Assembly (NCBI GenBank): GCA_045803545.1
Contig: JBJMOW010000006.1
Span: forward strand, 1 to 64,000
From: Gemmatimonadaceae bacterium
GTDB taxonomy: Bacteria; Gemmatimonadota; Gemmatimonadetes; Gemmatimonadales; Gemmatimonadaceae
Length of the DNA stretch: 64,000 nucleotides
Reading direction: 5' to 3'
The translations under genes were made by a program, and so were the position numbers. Below are positions 18,276-27,581 of the stretch, in pieces (position 1 is the stretch's first letter; the number at the start of each line of letters is the position of its first letter). The notes under the pieces were generated by a model. The model was not told the DNA's origin. It worked only from the letters and a program-made list of their open reading frames with translations, and did no database searches.

Positions 18276-20416
18276 AACTCCACCGTCGTAGTCACCGGGT
18301 GATCGGCGGAATCGCCATTGCTCGACGCGGTCGGTAGCGGGACAAAGCCCCACGAGTTGGCCAAGAAGATCTCCTGCGCTGCGATCACCGGACGCGTGCC
18401 CGGCTTGCGCTGGGTGTAGCTGCCTTCAGGAGAGAGATCCCAGGCATTGCGGTTATCAGCCAGACCGACTTCGAGCACCTGACGCAGGAGCTGCGCGAGA
18501 CGCTTGTCCTGAACGCACGTTACAACCTCTACGCGGCGATCGAAATTCCGCGGCATCCAGTCGGCGGAGCCAACGTAAAGCTCCTCCTTCCCGTGGTTGG
18601 CGAAGTAGAAAAGGCGCGAATGCTCGAGGAAGCGCCCGACGATACTGACGACGCTGATGTTGTCGCTGACGCCGCGCACGCCGGGACGCAGACAGCAAAT
18701 GCCGCGTACCATCAAATCGATATGCACGCCCGCCTGGGACGCCGCGTACAGATGCTGGATGATGTCGGCGTCGACCAGCGCGTTCATTTTTGCGATGATG
18801 CGGCCGGGCCTGCCCGCTCGCGCGTGTTCGGCTTCGCGATCGATCATCTCCGTAAAACGCGCGCGCATGTTGTGCGGCGCGACAAGCAAATTGCGATAGA
18901 CGTTCTGACGCGAGAATCCGGTCAGCGAATTGAATAGATCCGTCAGGTCAGCGCCGATCGCCTCGTTGCTCGTGAAGAGTCCAACGTCGGTGTAGACCTT
19001 CGCCGTCTTGGAGTTGTAGTTGCCGGTGCCGATGTGGGCGTACCGGCGAATTCCGTCGGCTTCGCGACGCACGACGAGGGTGGTCTTGGTGTGGGTCTTG
19101 AGTCCGGGCAGGCCGTAGGCGACGTGCACTCCGAAACCTTCGAGCGTTCTTGCCCAGGTGATGTTGTTCACCTCATCGAAGCGCGCCTGCAGCTCGATCA
19201 ATACTGCCACCTGTTTGCCGCGTTGTGCCGCTTCGGTAAGAGCGCGCACAATCGCCATGTCTCCGGACGTGCGATACAACGTCATCTTGATCGCCAGCAC
19301 ATTGTCGTCGGTGGCTGCCGAAGTCAGAAAATGCTCGACGGTTGCCGGAAACGAATCGTACGGATGATGGACGAGTATGTCGTGCTCCCTGATCGCGTCG
19401 AAGATCGACCGCGTCGGATCGCGGAGCTCGGGTGGCGTCGACGGTATGAAAGGAGGGTCGTGCAGCGCGGGCATGTCCAGCTGCGCGAGCAGCATCAGAT
19501 CTCCGAGATCGAGCAGCGGACCCGTCTCGACGACGTCGGCCGCACTGAGCGCCAGCATCTCCGACGGCTGATCCTGCTGCAACTCCTCGAGCAATAACTC
19601 GCGCAGCTCACTCGGCGTGCTGGTCTCCACTTCGATGCGGACGACTTCAGCGAAGCGACGCTCGAAGATCTGCTCCTCGATGATGGTGATCAGATCATCG
19701 TCGTCGTCGTCCGCGTGGGCAATCTCGAGATCCGAATAACGAGTGACGCGAAACGCACTGTAGCCGCGTATCTCCATCCCGGGAAACAGCGCGCCGAGAT
19801 TGGCGCCGATGACGTCCTCGAGGGCGACGAAGTGATTGGGGCGACCGATCGGGACCCAGCGCGGCAGGCTTTTAGGGACTTTCAGGCGTGCAAACCTGCG
19901 CTGTTCACCGGAGACGGGATCGAAGATCTGTACCGCCAACGACAGCGACAGGTTCGAGATGTACGGGAATGGGTGGCCGGGATCGACGGCGAGCGGCGTC
20001 AATACCGGGAAGACTTCCTTCTCGAAGAACTTGTCGATTGCCTGCCATTCCGTCTGCGTCAGATCGTTCATCTTGACGATCTTGATGCCGTTCCTGGCGA
20101 GCTCGGGCAACAAAAGTTCGTAGAGGCATTGACGCTGTTGCTCCATCAGCTCGTTGACGCGCTCACGGATCATCGTGAGCAACTGTTGCGGCGGAATTCC
20201 GTCGGGTGGCAGATGCTGCACACCCGCCGCAATCTGGCGGCGCAATCCTGCGACGCGGACCTGGAAAAATTCGTCCAGGTTCGTGTAAAAGATCGCCAGG
20301 AACTTGAGGCGCTCGAGCAGCTTGTTGCGCGAGTCGAATGCCTCGTGAAGAACCCGGGCATTGAACTCGAGCCAACTCAGCTCGCGATTGATAAAAAGTG
20401 ACGAATCGCCGGTCAT
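18245..20416 (-). CDS. ppk1: polyphosphate kinase 1
   Basis: NRELSWLEFN, HPFPYISN, HHPYDSF, LKTHTK, GRFLEHSR, GSADWMPRN. Confidence 0.98.
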   Translation of the reverse strand: MTGDSSLFINRELSWLEFNARVLHEAFDSRNKLLERLKFLAIFYTNLDEFFQVRVAGLRRQIAAGVQHLPPDGIPPQQLLTMIRERVNELMEQQRQCLYELLLPELARNGIKIVKMNDLTQTEWQAIDKFFEKEVFPVLTPLAVDPGHPFPYISNLSLSLAVQIFDPVSGEQRRFARLKVPKSLPRWVPIGRPNHFVALEDVIGANLGALFPGMEIRGYSAFRVTRYSDLEIAHADDDDDDLITIIEEQIFERRFAEVVRIEVETSTPSELRELLLEELQQDQPSEMLALSAADVVETGPLLDLGDLMLLAQLDMPALHDPPFIPSTPPELRDPTRSIFDAIREHDILVHHPYDSFPATVEHFLTSAATDDNVLAIKMTLYRTSGDMAIVRALTEAAQRGKQVAVLIELQARFDEVNNITWARTLEGFGVHVAYGLPGLKTHTKTTLVVRREADGIRRYAHIGTGNYNSKTAKVYTDVGLFTSNEAIGADLTDLFNSLTGFSRQNVYRNLLVAPHNMRARFTEMIDREAEHARAGRPGRIIAKMNALVDADIIQHLYAASQAGVHIDLMVRGICCLRPGVRGVSDNISVVSIVGRFLEHSRLFYFANHGKEELYVGSADWMPRNFDRRVEVVTCVQDKRLAQLLRQVLEVGLADNRNAWDLSPEGSYTQRKPGTRPVIAAQEIFLANSWGFVPLPTASSNGDSADHPVTTTVEFQSAVPTSSS

Positions 20417-20516
20417 TAATCGTTTAAGACGTGCACAAACTTAGCGCCGTAAAATTCATGGCGACTGTAACAGTTGCAACGTTAGATTGTGTTTACTCAT
20501 ACCCCGGATACGAGAA

Positions 20517-20852
20517 GTGGGCCACACAGACGCACTTGTTGTCCTGACAACGCTATCAAGCACCGAAGAAGCTGTGAAATTCGTGCGGGCGCTGCTGGAC
20601 AAGCGAATCGTGGCCTGCGGCACAATTCTGCCGGCGGCGCGATCCCTTTATCGCTGGGAAGACAAGCTCGCCGACGAAATCGAGGTCGTTGTAATGCTCA
20701 AGACTCGTTCGGGCGCGATGCATGCGCTGGAGCGTGCGTTCCAGGAGTTGCACCCCTATAAAGTGCCGGAACTCCTCGCCGTGCCGGTTACTGGCGGCCT
20801 CGACCGTTACCTTGGCTGGATCAATTCCGAGACGAGCCTGACAATCGTATAG
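20517..20852 (+). CDS. cutA: divalent-cation tolerance protein CutA
   Basis: IVACG, SLYRWE, HPYKVPE, YLGW motifs; GTG 20517 chosen as start. Confidence 0.92.
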   Translation: MGHTDALVVLTTLSSTEEAVKFVRALLDKRIVACGTILPAARSLYRWEDKLADEIEVVVMLKTRSGAMHALERAFQELHPYKVPELLAVPVTGGLDRYLGWINSETSLTIV

Positions 20853-20874
20853 GCGTCCCAATCGTCCTATAGGG

Positions 20875-21732
20875 GTGAAGTCCGGACCCCGAATCATCCT
20901 CGCCGTCGTCATCGTCGCCCTGTGGCTCGGCGGTCTCGCGATGATGGCCCATCGCAACGCAAATCGCAGTGAAGCGCAGCAGCTGGCAGAGGTCGCATTG
21001 CGACTTCAGCCGGCGACGTTTTACTACGTAATCGAGCGAGGTGGCCAGCGCATCGGCGCGGCGTCATCATCGCTCGATACGACCTCGAGCACGCTGGTGA
21101 GCGAGGAGTATTTCGTCGGTGATTATCAAGCGGGAGATTCGACCGAGCGCACCTCGGCGCGCTGGCAAACGCGACTGACCCGCGGATTCCGGCTCGCCGA
21201 TCTCACCATCGACATCGCTCGGCACACACGGCCTTTGTCGATCAACGCCTCGGTCGAAGAGGACACTACCCTTTTCATCGCCGGCACCAAGACAACAGGT
21301 GGACATCCGCCGGCGCGGTACACCTTCAAGCCAGCGCTGTTCACACCTTCTCTCGCTCCAGTCGCATTCATGCTCGGCGGGCCGCCGAAAATCGGTCGAA
21401 CGCAGACGCTGTCGGTGTTCGATCCGACCAAGCGCGTCGTGACGCGGCCGGAGCTGCGGATTCGCGCCGAGTCGGTGTTCACCGTCATCGACAGTGCCGC
21501 GCTGGATCGGACCGGCGTCTGGGTCGTGGCGCACCGTGACACCGTGCGCGCATGGCGAATTGACGGTGGACCGGCAGGTGTTTCGGCCTGGGTCGACGAC
21601 GCCGGCCGCATTGTCGCCGCAAGCGCTGGCGCGTTCTCCGCAACGCGCACCGCGTTCGAGCTCGCGTTCAAGAATTCGAAAACGCCAATCGATACATCGG
21701 CGATCAAACCAAGAACTCGTAAAGTGAAATGA
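20875..21732 (+). CDS. hypothetical membrane-anchored protein
   Basis: N-terminal TM helix, beta-rich body; ATGA overlap with the ABC ATPase. Confidence 0.8.
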   Translation: MKSGPRIILAVVIVALWLGGLAMMAHRNANRSEAQQLAEVALRLQPATFYYVIERGGQRIGAASSSLDTTSSTLVSEEYFVGDYQAGDSTERTSARWQTRLTRGFRLADLTIDIARHTRPLSINASVEEDTTLFIAGTKTTGGHPPARYTFKPALFTPSLAPVAFMLGGPPKIGRTQTLSVFDPTKRVVTRPELRIRAESVFTVIDSAALDRTGVWVVAHRDTVRAWRIDGGPAGVSAWVDDAGRIVAASAGAFSATRTAFELAFKNSKTPIDTSAIKPRTRKVK

Positions 21733-22484
21733 TAGAGCTGAGAAGCCTGACCAAGAAATACGGTTCGTTCACGGCGGTCGACGCGATCGATCTCACCGTG
21801 CCCGACGGCCAACTGTTCGGATTCCTCGGCCCCAATGGCGCGGGCAAGACGACGACGCTAAGGATGATCGCGGGGATTCTGCAACCGACCGCGGGCAGCA
21901 TTCACCTCGCCGGAATCGACCTGGCTAAGGATCCGCTGGCGGCGAAGTCACGACTGGGATTCATCCCCGACCGGCCATTCATCTACGAGAAACTGACGGG
22001 CGCCGAGTTCCTGAGATTCGTCGGTGGGCTGTACGGGCAAAATGGTGACAAGCTCGAGCACCGCGGGCGGGAGTTGATGGCGCTGTTCGATCTGGAAGAG
22101 TGGGCCGACGAGCTCGTCGAGAGCTATAGCCACGGCATGCGGCAGAAGTTGATCATATCGAGCGCGTTCATTCATCGCCCCGACGTAATCGTCGTCGACG
22201 AGCCGATGGTAGGACTCGATCCTAAAGCCGCGCGCATACTCAAGGATCTGTTCCGCGAGTACGTGCGTCGCGGGCACACCATCATGATGTCAACGCACAC
22301 GCTGGAAGTCGCGGAAACGCTGTGCGATCGCATTGCGATCATTCAACACGGAAAGATTCGGGCGGTTGGCAGTATCGAGGATTTGCGGTCCCAGTCGACG
22401 GGCGGTGGCGGACTGGAGGAGATCTTCCTGAAGCTCACCGGTGAGCGCGCGGCGCGCGAGACAATGGATGTTCTGGATGCTTGA
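21729..22484 (+). CDS. ABC transporter ATP-binding protein
   Basis: GPNGAGKT, YSHGMRQK, VVDEPMVGLD, STH. Confidence 0.96.
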   Translation: MIELRSLTKKYGSFTAVDAIDLTVPDGQLFGFLGPNGAGKTTTLRMIAGILQPTAGSIHLAGIDLAKDPLAAKSRLGFIPDRPFIYEKLTGAEFLRFVGGLYGQNGDKLEHRGRELMALFDLEEWADELVESYSHGMRQKLIISSAFIHRPDVIVVDEPMVGLDPKAARILKDLFREYVRRGHTIMMSTHTLEVAETLCDRIAIIQHGKIRAVGSIEDLRSQSTGGGGLEEIFLKLTGERAARETMDVLDA

Positions 22485-24228
22485 GGCGGAAAGCGGAAAG
22501 GGGGAGGCGGGAGGCGGTATCCCGGACGCGGGTCAGGACCCCCCAGTTAGCACACCTGCACTGATACACGTGCTCTCGCCGAAAATCATTTCGGCGAAGG
22601 CGCGTCCGCTGGGCAAGACCGAGAACCGTTCCGGTCGGTTGATTCTGTTCGCGCTGATAGGCGCAATCTTCTGGGTTTTTGTTTTCGGCCTGATCTATCG
22701 GCTGCTGAAATATTTCCGCGGCATTCCCGAGATTGGTGCTCTGCTAGCCGCCAAGCTCCTCGGACTGATGTTCGTCAGTCTGTTCGGCATTCTGATTCTG
22801 TCGAACGTGGTAACCGCGCTATCGAGCTTCTTTTTAGCGAAGGATCTTGACCTCCTCGTCGCAGCGCCTGTTGATTGGCTGCGATTGTACGGCGCAAAAT
22901 TGCTGGAGACAACGGGGCATTCGAGCTGGATGGTAGTGCTCGTCTCAACACCGGTTATTACCGCGTATGGAATCGTCTACCGCGGCGGTGTGATCTATCC
23001 AATCGTGGCGGTGATGGCGTTGCTTCCGTTCCTGTTCATTCCCGCTGCCATTGGAAGCGCGGTGACACTGTTGCTCGTGAACATTTTCCCTGCGCGACGA
23101 ACGCGCGATATCCTGAGCGTGATCGCGATTCTTGCTGCAGCCGGCGTGGTGCTGGTGTTCCGACTCGTACGTCCTGAGCGGCTGGCTCGTCCCGAAGGAT
23201 TCCGCTCGCTGGTCGAGTTCATCGCGGTGCTGCGTGGGCCAACGTCGCCATGGCTGCCGAGCGAGTGGGCGGCGCAGGGAATGATGTCGTGGCTGAGAGA
23301 AGCGCCGGATCTACTTCCCTTCTATCTGCTCTGGTCGACTGCTGCAGCAGCGATCGTAATCGGCGCGGTTTTGCATCGCTGGCTGTATACGCGTGGATAC
23401 AGCAAGTCGCAGGAGAGTGGCGAGCGCTGGGCGCGACAGGGCACAGTCGGACGGATATTCTCGCGGCTTCTCGCGCCGTGGGGAGTGATGCGCCGCGAGC
23501 TGGTACTAAAGGAGCTCCGCCTCTTCTTCCGCGACACGACACAGTGGTCGCAGCTCATTCTGCTGGCCGTCCTCGTCGTCGTTTACGTGTTCAACATCAA
23601 GTTCCTGCCGCTGCGCGGGGAGGGCGTTACGTTCTTTCTGGCGAACGTGATCCCATTCGTGAACCTGATTCTCGCCGGGTTCGTGCTGGCCTCGATCGCG
23701 GCGCGATTCATCTTTCCCGGAATCAGTCTCGAGGGCCGCACCCTGTGGCTGCTCCGCTCTTCACCGCTCGAGATGAGACAGCTGCTGTGGTCAAAGTTCT
23801 GGGTCGGCACCATTCCGCTGCTGTCGCTGGCGCTCGTCCTCGTCTTCGCGACCGACGTCCTGCTCCAGGTGAGCGGCTTCATGATGGCGGTGTCGATCTT
23901 CACGATCACTTTAATGACCTTCGCCATCGCCGGGCTCGCCCTCGGCTTCGGAGCGCTGTTTCCAAAATTCAATACGGAGAACGCGGCGCAGATTCCGACG
24001 TCGTTCGGCGGATTGATCCTGATGATGTCATCGGTGGTGCTGATTGGCGCGGTGATTGTGCTGGAAGCGCGACCGGTCTATGAGTACGTCAGCGCGCGGA
24101 TGATGAAAGTCGACCCCGATCCGACTGAGATGTGGCTGGGTTTCGGTGGGGCAGCGCTGGTTTCTCTGGCGGCGACTTTCGTTCCGATCAGGATCGCCGT
24201 GGGACGTATGCAGGAGCTGGAGCGGTAG
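22477..24228 (+). CDS. putative ABC exporter permease
   Basis: More than 10 TM segments, DLDLLVAAP, KELRLFFRD, SLEGRTLWLLRSSP; ATG 22477 overlaps the ATPase stop. Confidence 0.88.
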   Translation: MLEAESGKGEAGGGIPDAGQDPPVSTPALIHVLSPKIISAKARPLGKTENRSGRLILFALIGAIFWVFVFGLIYRLLKYFRGIPEIGALLAAKLLGLMFVSLFGILILSNVVTALSSFFLAKDLDLLVAAPVDWLRLYGAKLLETTGHSSWMVVLVSTPVITAYGIVYRGGVIYPIVAVMALLPFLFIPAAIGSAVTLLLVNIFPARRTRDILSVIAILAAAGVVLVFRLVRPERLARPEGFRSLVEFIAVLRGPTSPWLPSEWAAQGMMSWLREAPDLLPFYLLWSTAAAAIVIGAVLHRWLYTRGYSKSQESGERWARQGTVGRIFSRLLAPWGVMRRELVLKELRLFFRDTTQWSQLILLAVLVVVYVFNIKFLPLRGEGVTFFLANVIPFVNLILAGFVLASIAARFIFPGISLEGRTLWLLRSSPLEMRQLLWSKFWVGTIPLLSLALVLVFATDVLLQVSGFMMAVSIFTITLMTFAIAGLALGFGALFPKFNTENAAQIPTSFGGLILMMSSVVLIGAVIVLEARPVYEYVSARMMKVDPDPTEMWLGFGGAALVSLAATFVPIRIAVGRMQELER

Positions 24229-24837
24229 CTACTCCCGGCCGCGCTCCTGAATGAATGCGAGCGCCTCGTCCTTCGATGTAAAGATTCTCTTCGCAAGAGT
24301 GCCGTCCTCGTAGCGCACTTCTACCGCGATGCTGAGCGGGACCTGGGTCTCCTCACGCCGGACGTCGCCGTCCAGCGCCTCGGCGACGGCCTCGCCCTGC
24401 AGAAGTCGGACGATCTCCCGACGCAGGGAGGCCTCCGATAGACCAGCGCTGGCGAGCGCGAGTGCGCCGACGCTCTGCCGCTCGCGGATGAGGCCGAGCA
24501 GCAGATGCTGAGTCCCTACGTAGCCATCTCCGAATTCGTGGGCGACCGCGATCGCCTGATCGAGCACCACGCGCGCGCGCGGGGTGTAGGGCAGATCGGG
24601 AATGCGAGACCGCGCGGTCGGTGGTCCATTGTCGATCATTCCATCGACGAGATTGAAGACTCTGGCCGGACTGGCGCCGAGGTTGGCGAGGACGTCCATC
24701 ACGAGGGTGTCGTCTTCGGCGAGCAGGCCGAGCAAGAGGTGCTCGGTGCCCACGTACTCGTGGTTGCGCCGGTGGGCCTCTTCACGCGCTTTGATCAGCG
24801 CGGCACGAACGCGATTTGTGAAATCGTAGGCTGTCAT
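24229..24837 (-). CDS. stand-alone Clp N-terminal domain protein
   Basis: Two Clp-N repeats (YVGTEHLLLGLL, YVGTQHLLLGLI), no AAA+ domain; GAGG RBS before ATG 24837. Confidence 0.9.
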   Translation of the reverse strand: MTAYDFTNRVRAALIKAREEAHRRNHEYVGTEHLLLGLLAEDDTLVMDVLANLGASPARVFNLVDGMIDNGPPTARSRIPDLPYTPRARVVLDQAIAVAHEFGDGYVGTQHLLLGLIRERQSVGALALASAGLSEASLRREIVRLLQGEAVAEALDGDVRREETQVPLSIAVEVRYEDGTLAKRIFTSKDEALAFIQERGRE

Positions 24838-24942
24838 GAGTCCTCGTCGAGGGAGAAAGATTCGCCTTCGACCGTAGGACCGCAAGTTTGTTCGGCATTG
24901 TTTTGGGTCTGCATTGCTTTTCTGCGGCATCTTCAATACTAA

Positions 24943-24985
24943 AGTCGGCAGTCTGCAGACTGACAGTTGGCAGTCTGGAGTTGGG
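24943..24985. repeat. degenerate heptamer array (AGTCTGC-like)
   Basis: AGTCGGC AGTCTGC AGACTGAC AGTTGGC AGTCTGG AGTTGGG between divergent genes. Confidence 0.65.
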
Positions 24986-25024
24986 TTACAGGCGTCTTAA
25001 GCAGATGCGCGCGGGAGGCCGACG

Positions 25025-26995
25025 GTGAACCTGACAGCCCGGGAAAAGGAAGCTCTCGACGCGCTCTGTGACGCGTTCTTCCCCTCGCTCGCATTCGAGA
25101 AGGACGAAGATCCGACCCTATTCAGCATGTCGGCGGCAGATCTTGGAGTCAGTGCCCGAGTGGCGAGTGCGCTCGACATCATTGACCCGGAAAAGGCGGA
25201 GGCGTTTCGCTTCTTTCTGAGACTGCTGGAGAACCCAATTTTCATTGCCAGCGTCGGGTCGAAGCCGACGCGATTCTCGCGGCTGTCGCAGCAGGCAAGG
25301 GAGCGCGTGCTGCAGCGACTGGCGCGCAGCACAATCCCGCAGCTGCGCGGGGCGTATCAAGGCGCGCGCAGCCTGGCGATGCTGCATACCTACGCCGCCA
25401 ATGGAACGCCGGAATCTGATTCGCTGCTCGCCGCTATCGGCTATGAGCCGCAGCTGAACCCGAAGGCGACAGCGCCGCACATCCCCGTCGCGCGAGTAGG
25501 CAGCGATTCCAGGATCGAATGCGACGTCTGCGTTGTCGGGTCCGGGGCGGCTGGAGGAGTTGTCGCCGCTGAGTTGGCGACGCGCGGCAAGAATGTCATA
25601 GTCGTCGATGCTGGCGGAACGTGGACGGGTGACCAGTTCGATCAGCACGAGCTGACGGGAATGCAACGACTCTTCCGCCAGGCTGGGCTGGCGGGCACCC
25701 GCGATCTCAGCATGTCGCTGCTCGCGGGGTCGGCAATTGGTGGCGGCACCACTGTGAACTGGCAATCATGCTTCCGGACGCCCGACGACGTGCGCGAGGA
25801 GTGGGCAGAAGCTTCCGGCTGCGGCTTCTTCGACACTGATGCATTCGCTGAATGCCTGGACGCGGTGTGGCGGCGGATTGGCGCATCGACCGATGAGAGC
25901 GAGATGAACGAGAACAACGCGACTATCTGGCGTGGTGCTCAATCACTCAACTATCGATGGAGCACCATCGCGCGTAATTCCCTCGGCTGCGATCTCACCC
26001 AATGCGGCAACTGCATGTTCGGATGCAGAGTCGGCGGAAAGCAGAGCACCGCAGTGACATTTCTGATGGATGCGATTCGCTCGGGCGCGCAGATCATCGC
26101 GCCATTTGTCGTGCGGAAGCTTTTGCAGAGCAAAGGCAAAGTCTCTGGCGTCGAAGGACGCTATACAGATTCTGATGGCGTGTCGCGAACGGTCGCCATC
26201 GCTGCGCCGACTGTCGTGCTCGCCACGGGCGCGCTCGAGACGCCGGCGATTCTGGCGCGATCTGGATTGAAGTCGCCTCACCTGGGTCAGAATCTCTTTC
26301 TGCACCCGACAGTCGGCGTGACAGGAGTCTATTCGTCGCCGATCGACCCGTGGAAAGGAGCACCGCAGACCGTGGTTTGCGACCAATTCTCCAACATGTC
26401 GAACGGTTACGGGTATCGCATCGAAGCCGCGCCCGCGCACCCTGGTCTGCTGTCGGCGGCGCTGCCATGGTCCAACGCGCGACAGCATAAGCGCGACATG
26501 CAACAAGTGCGCTGCGCCGCACCGTTCATTGTGCTGACGCGCGATTCGGCGTCGGGTCGAGTTCGGATCAACAAACGCGGCCAGGCGTACTTCGATTATC
26601 GACTCGGCAATCAGGAAAAGAAGTTTCTCCGTCACGGGATGTCGCGAGTAGCGCGAATGCACCATGCCGCCGGCGCACGCCAGATCATCACTCTGCACAG
26701 CGAGCGGCTGGCGTGGGATCGCGATAGCCGGCAGTCGATCGACGATTTCTGCAAAGCGATCGAGCGCGCGTCAGTCGCTCCGAACAGGCTGCCGCTGTTC
26801 AGTGCGCATCAGATGGGGACGTGCCGCATCGGGACCGACCGCGCGTCCGCCGTGTGCGATCCGGATGGTAGCGTGTTCGGGATGAGCGGCGCTTACGTTG
26901 CGGACGCCAGTCTTTTTCCGGCGTCCTCGGGGGTGAATCCCATGGTGACCATCATGGCGCTGGCTCGGTACGTTGCGCAGCGGATTGCCGGCTAA
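25025..26995 (+). CDS. GMC family oxidoreductase (long-chain alcohol oxidase-like)
   Basis: VVGSGAAGG FAD motif, GGGTTVN, CGNCMFGC, SAHQMGTC, GVNPMVT. Confidence 0.93.
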   Translation: MNLTAREKEALDALCDAFFPSLAFEKDEDPTLFSMSAADLGVSARVASALDIIDPEKAEAFRFFLRLLENPIFIASVGSKPTRFSRLSQQARERVLQRLARSTIPQLRGAYQGARSLAMLHTYAANGTPESDSLLAAIGYEPQLNPKATAPHIPVARVGSDSRIECDVCVVGSGAAGGVVAAELATRGKNVIVVDAGGTWTGDQFDQHELTGMQRLFRQAGLAGTRDLSMSLLAGSAIGGGTTVNWQSCFRTPDDVREEWAEASGCGFFDTDAFAECLDAVWRRIGASTDESEMNENNATIWRGAQSLNYRWSTIARNSLGCDLTQCGNCMFGCRVGGKQSTAVTFLMDAIRSGAQIIAPFVVRKLLQSKGKVSGVEGRYTDSDGVSRTVAIAAPTVVLATGALETPAILARSGLKSPHLGQNLFLHPTVGVTGVYSSPIDPWKGAPQTVVCDQFSNMSNGYGYRIEAAPAHPGLLSAALPWSNARQHKRDMQQVRCAAPFIVLTRDSASGRVRINKRGQAYFDYRLGNQEKKFLRHGMSRVARMHHAAGARQIITLHSERLAWDRDSRQSIDDFCKAIERASVAPNRLPLFSAHQMGTCRIGTDRASAVCDPDGSVFGMSGAYVADASLFPASSGVNPMVTIMALARYVAQRIAG

Positions 26996-27572
26996 CTGCA
27001 ACCAAAGGTAGGCAGGAAGCAGAGGCGCTGGTACCAGGTTGCAGTATGTAGCGCGGAGCCACAGTTGCCCTGCGCGAAACAAATTGATGAGGCGGTTTCA
27101 TCGTACGCGTGTATTCTCACCGAATGACCGATTTCAAAAAACTCAAAGTTTGGGAGAAGTCGCACGAGGTCGCGGTTACCACGCACAAGCTCGGGAAAGC
27201 GATGCGGCCTCATATCCTCTCGCCGCTCCAAAATCAACTAGTCAGAGCTGCTGCCTCTGTGCCAACGAATATTGCCGAAGGCAGCCGTCAATCAAGTAGG
27301 CGCGACTTTGCGCGTTTCCTGCGCTATTCCCTTAATTCCAATACGGAGCTGGAGTATCACGTCATCCTCGCGCGGGACATCGACGCGATCCCAGACGAAG
27401 CTGCCGACCGTTTACTCGCCTCGATCGAAGAGGTGAGGAAAATGCTTTACGGGCTCCTGCGCAGGGTGTCTCCGGCGTCGCCCAGGCAGCGTGAGAGCGT
27501 CAAACGCCAATAGCGTAGCTGTCGCCTGCTGCCTGAGCAAACTCTGCAATCTGCCCACCTTTGGTTGCAGTT
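26994..27572. mobile_element. putative element: 31-bp terminal inverted repeats enclosing a four-helix-bundle gene
   Basis: 26994-27024 AACTGCAACCAAAGGTAGGCAGGAAGCAGAG vs reverse complement of 27542-27572 AACTGCAACCAAAGGTGGGCAGATTGCAGAG (27/31). Mobility is inferred, not shown. Confidence 0.6.
27124..27513 (+). CDS. four helix bundle protein (23S rRNA IVS protein / Avd-like family)
   Basis: FKKLKVWEKS, QLVRAAASVPTNIAEG, DFARFLRYSLNSNTELEY, EVRKML. Confidence 0.95.
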   Translation: MTDFKKLKVWEKSHEVAVTTHKLGKAMRPHILSPLQNQLVRAAASVPTNIAEGSRQSSRRDFARFLRYSLNSNTELEYHVILARDIDAIPDEAADRLLASIEEVRKMLYGLLRRVSPASPRQRESVKRQ

Positions 27573-27581
27573 CGTCGGCAG

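Noticed and set aside
27124..27513. Diversity-generating retroelement (Avd) or 23S rRNA intervening sequence
   Set aside because: No reverse transcriptase, no template/variable repeat pair and no rRNA sequence seen in the window.
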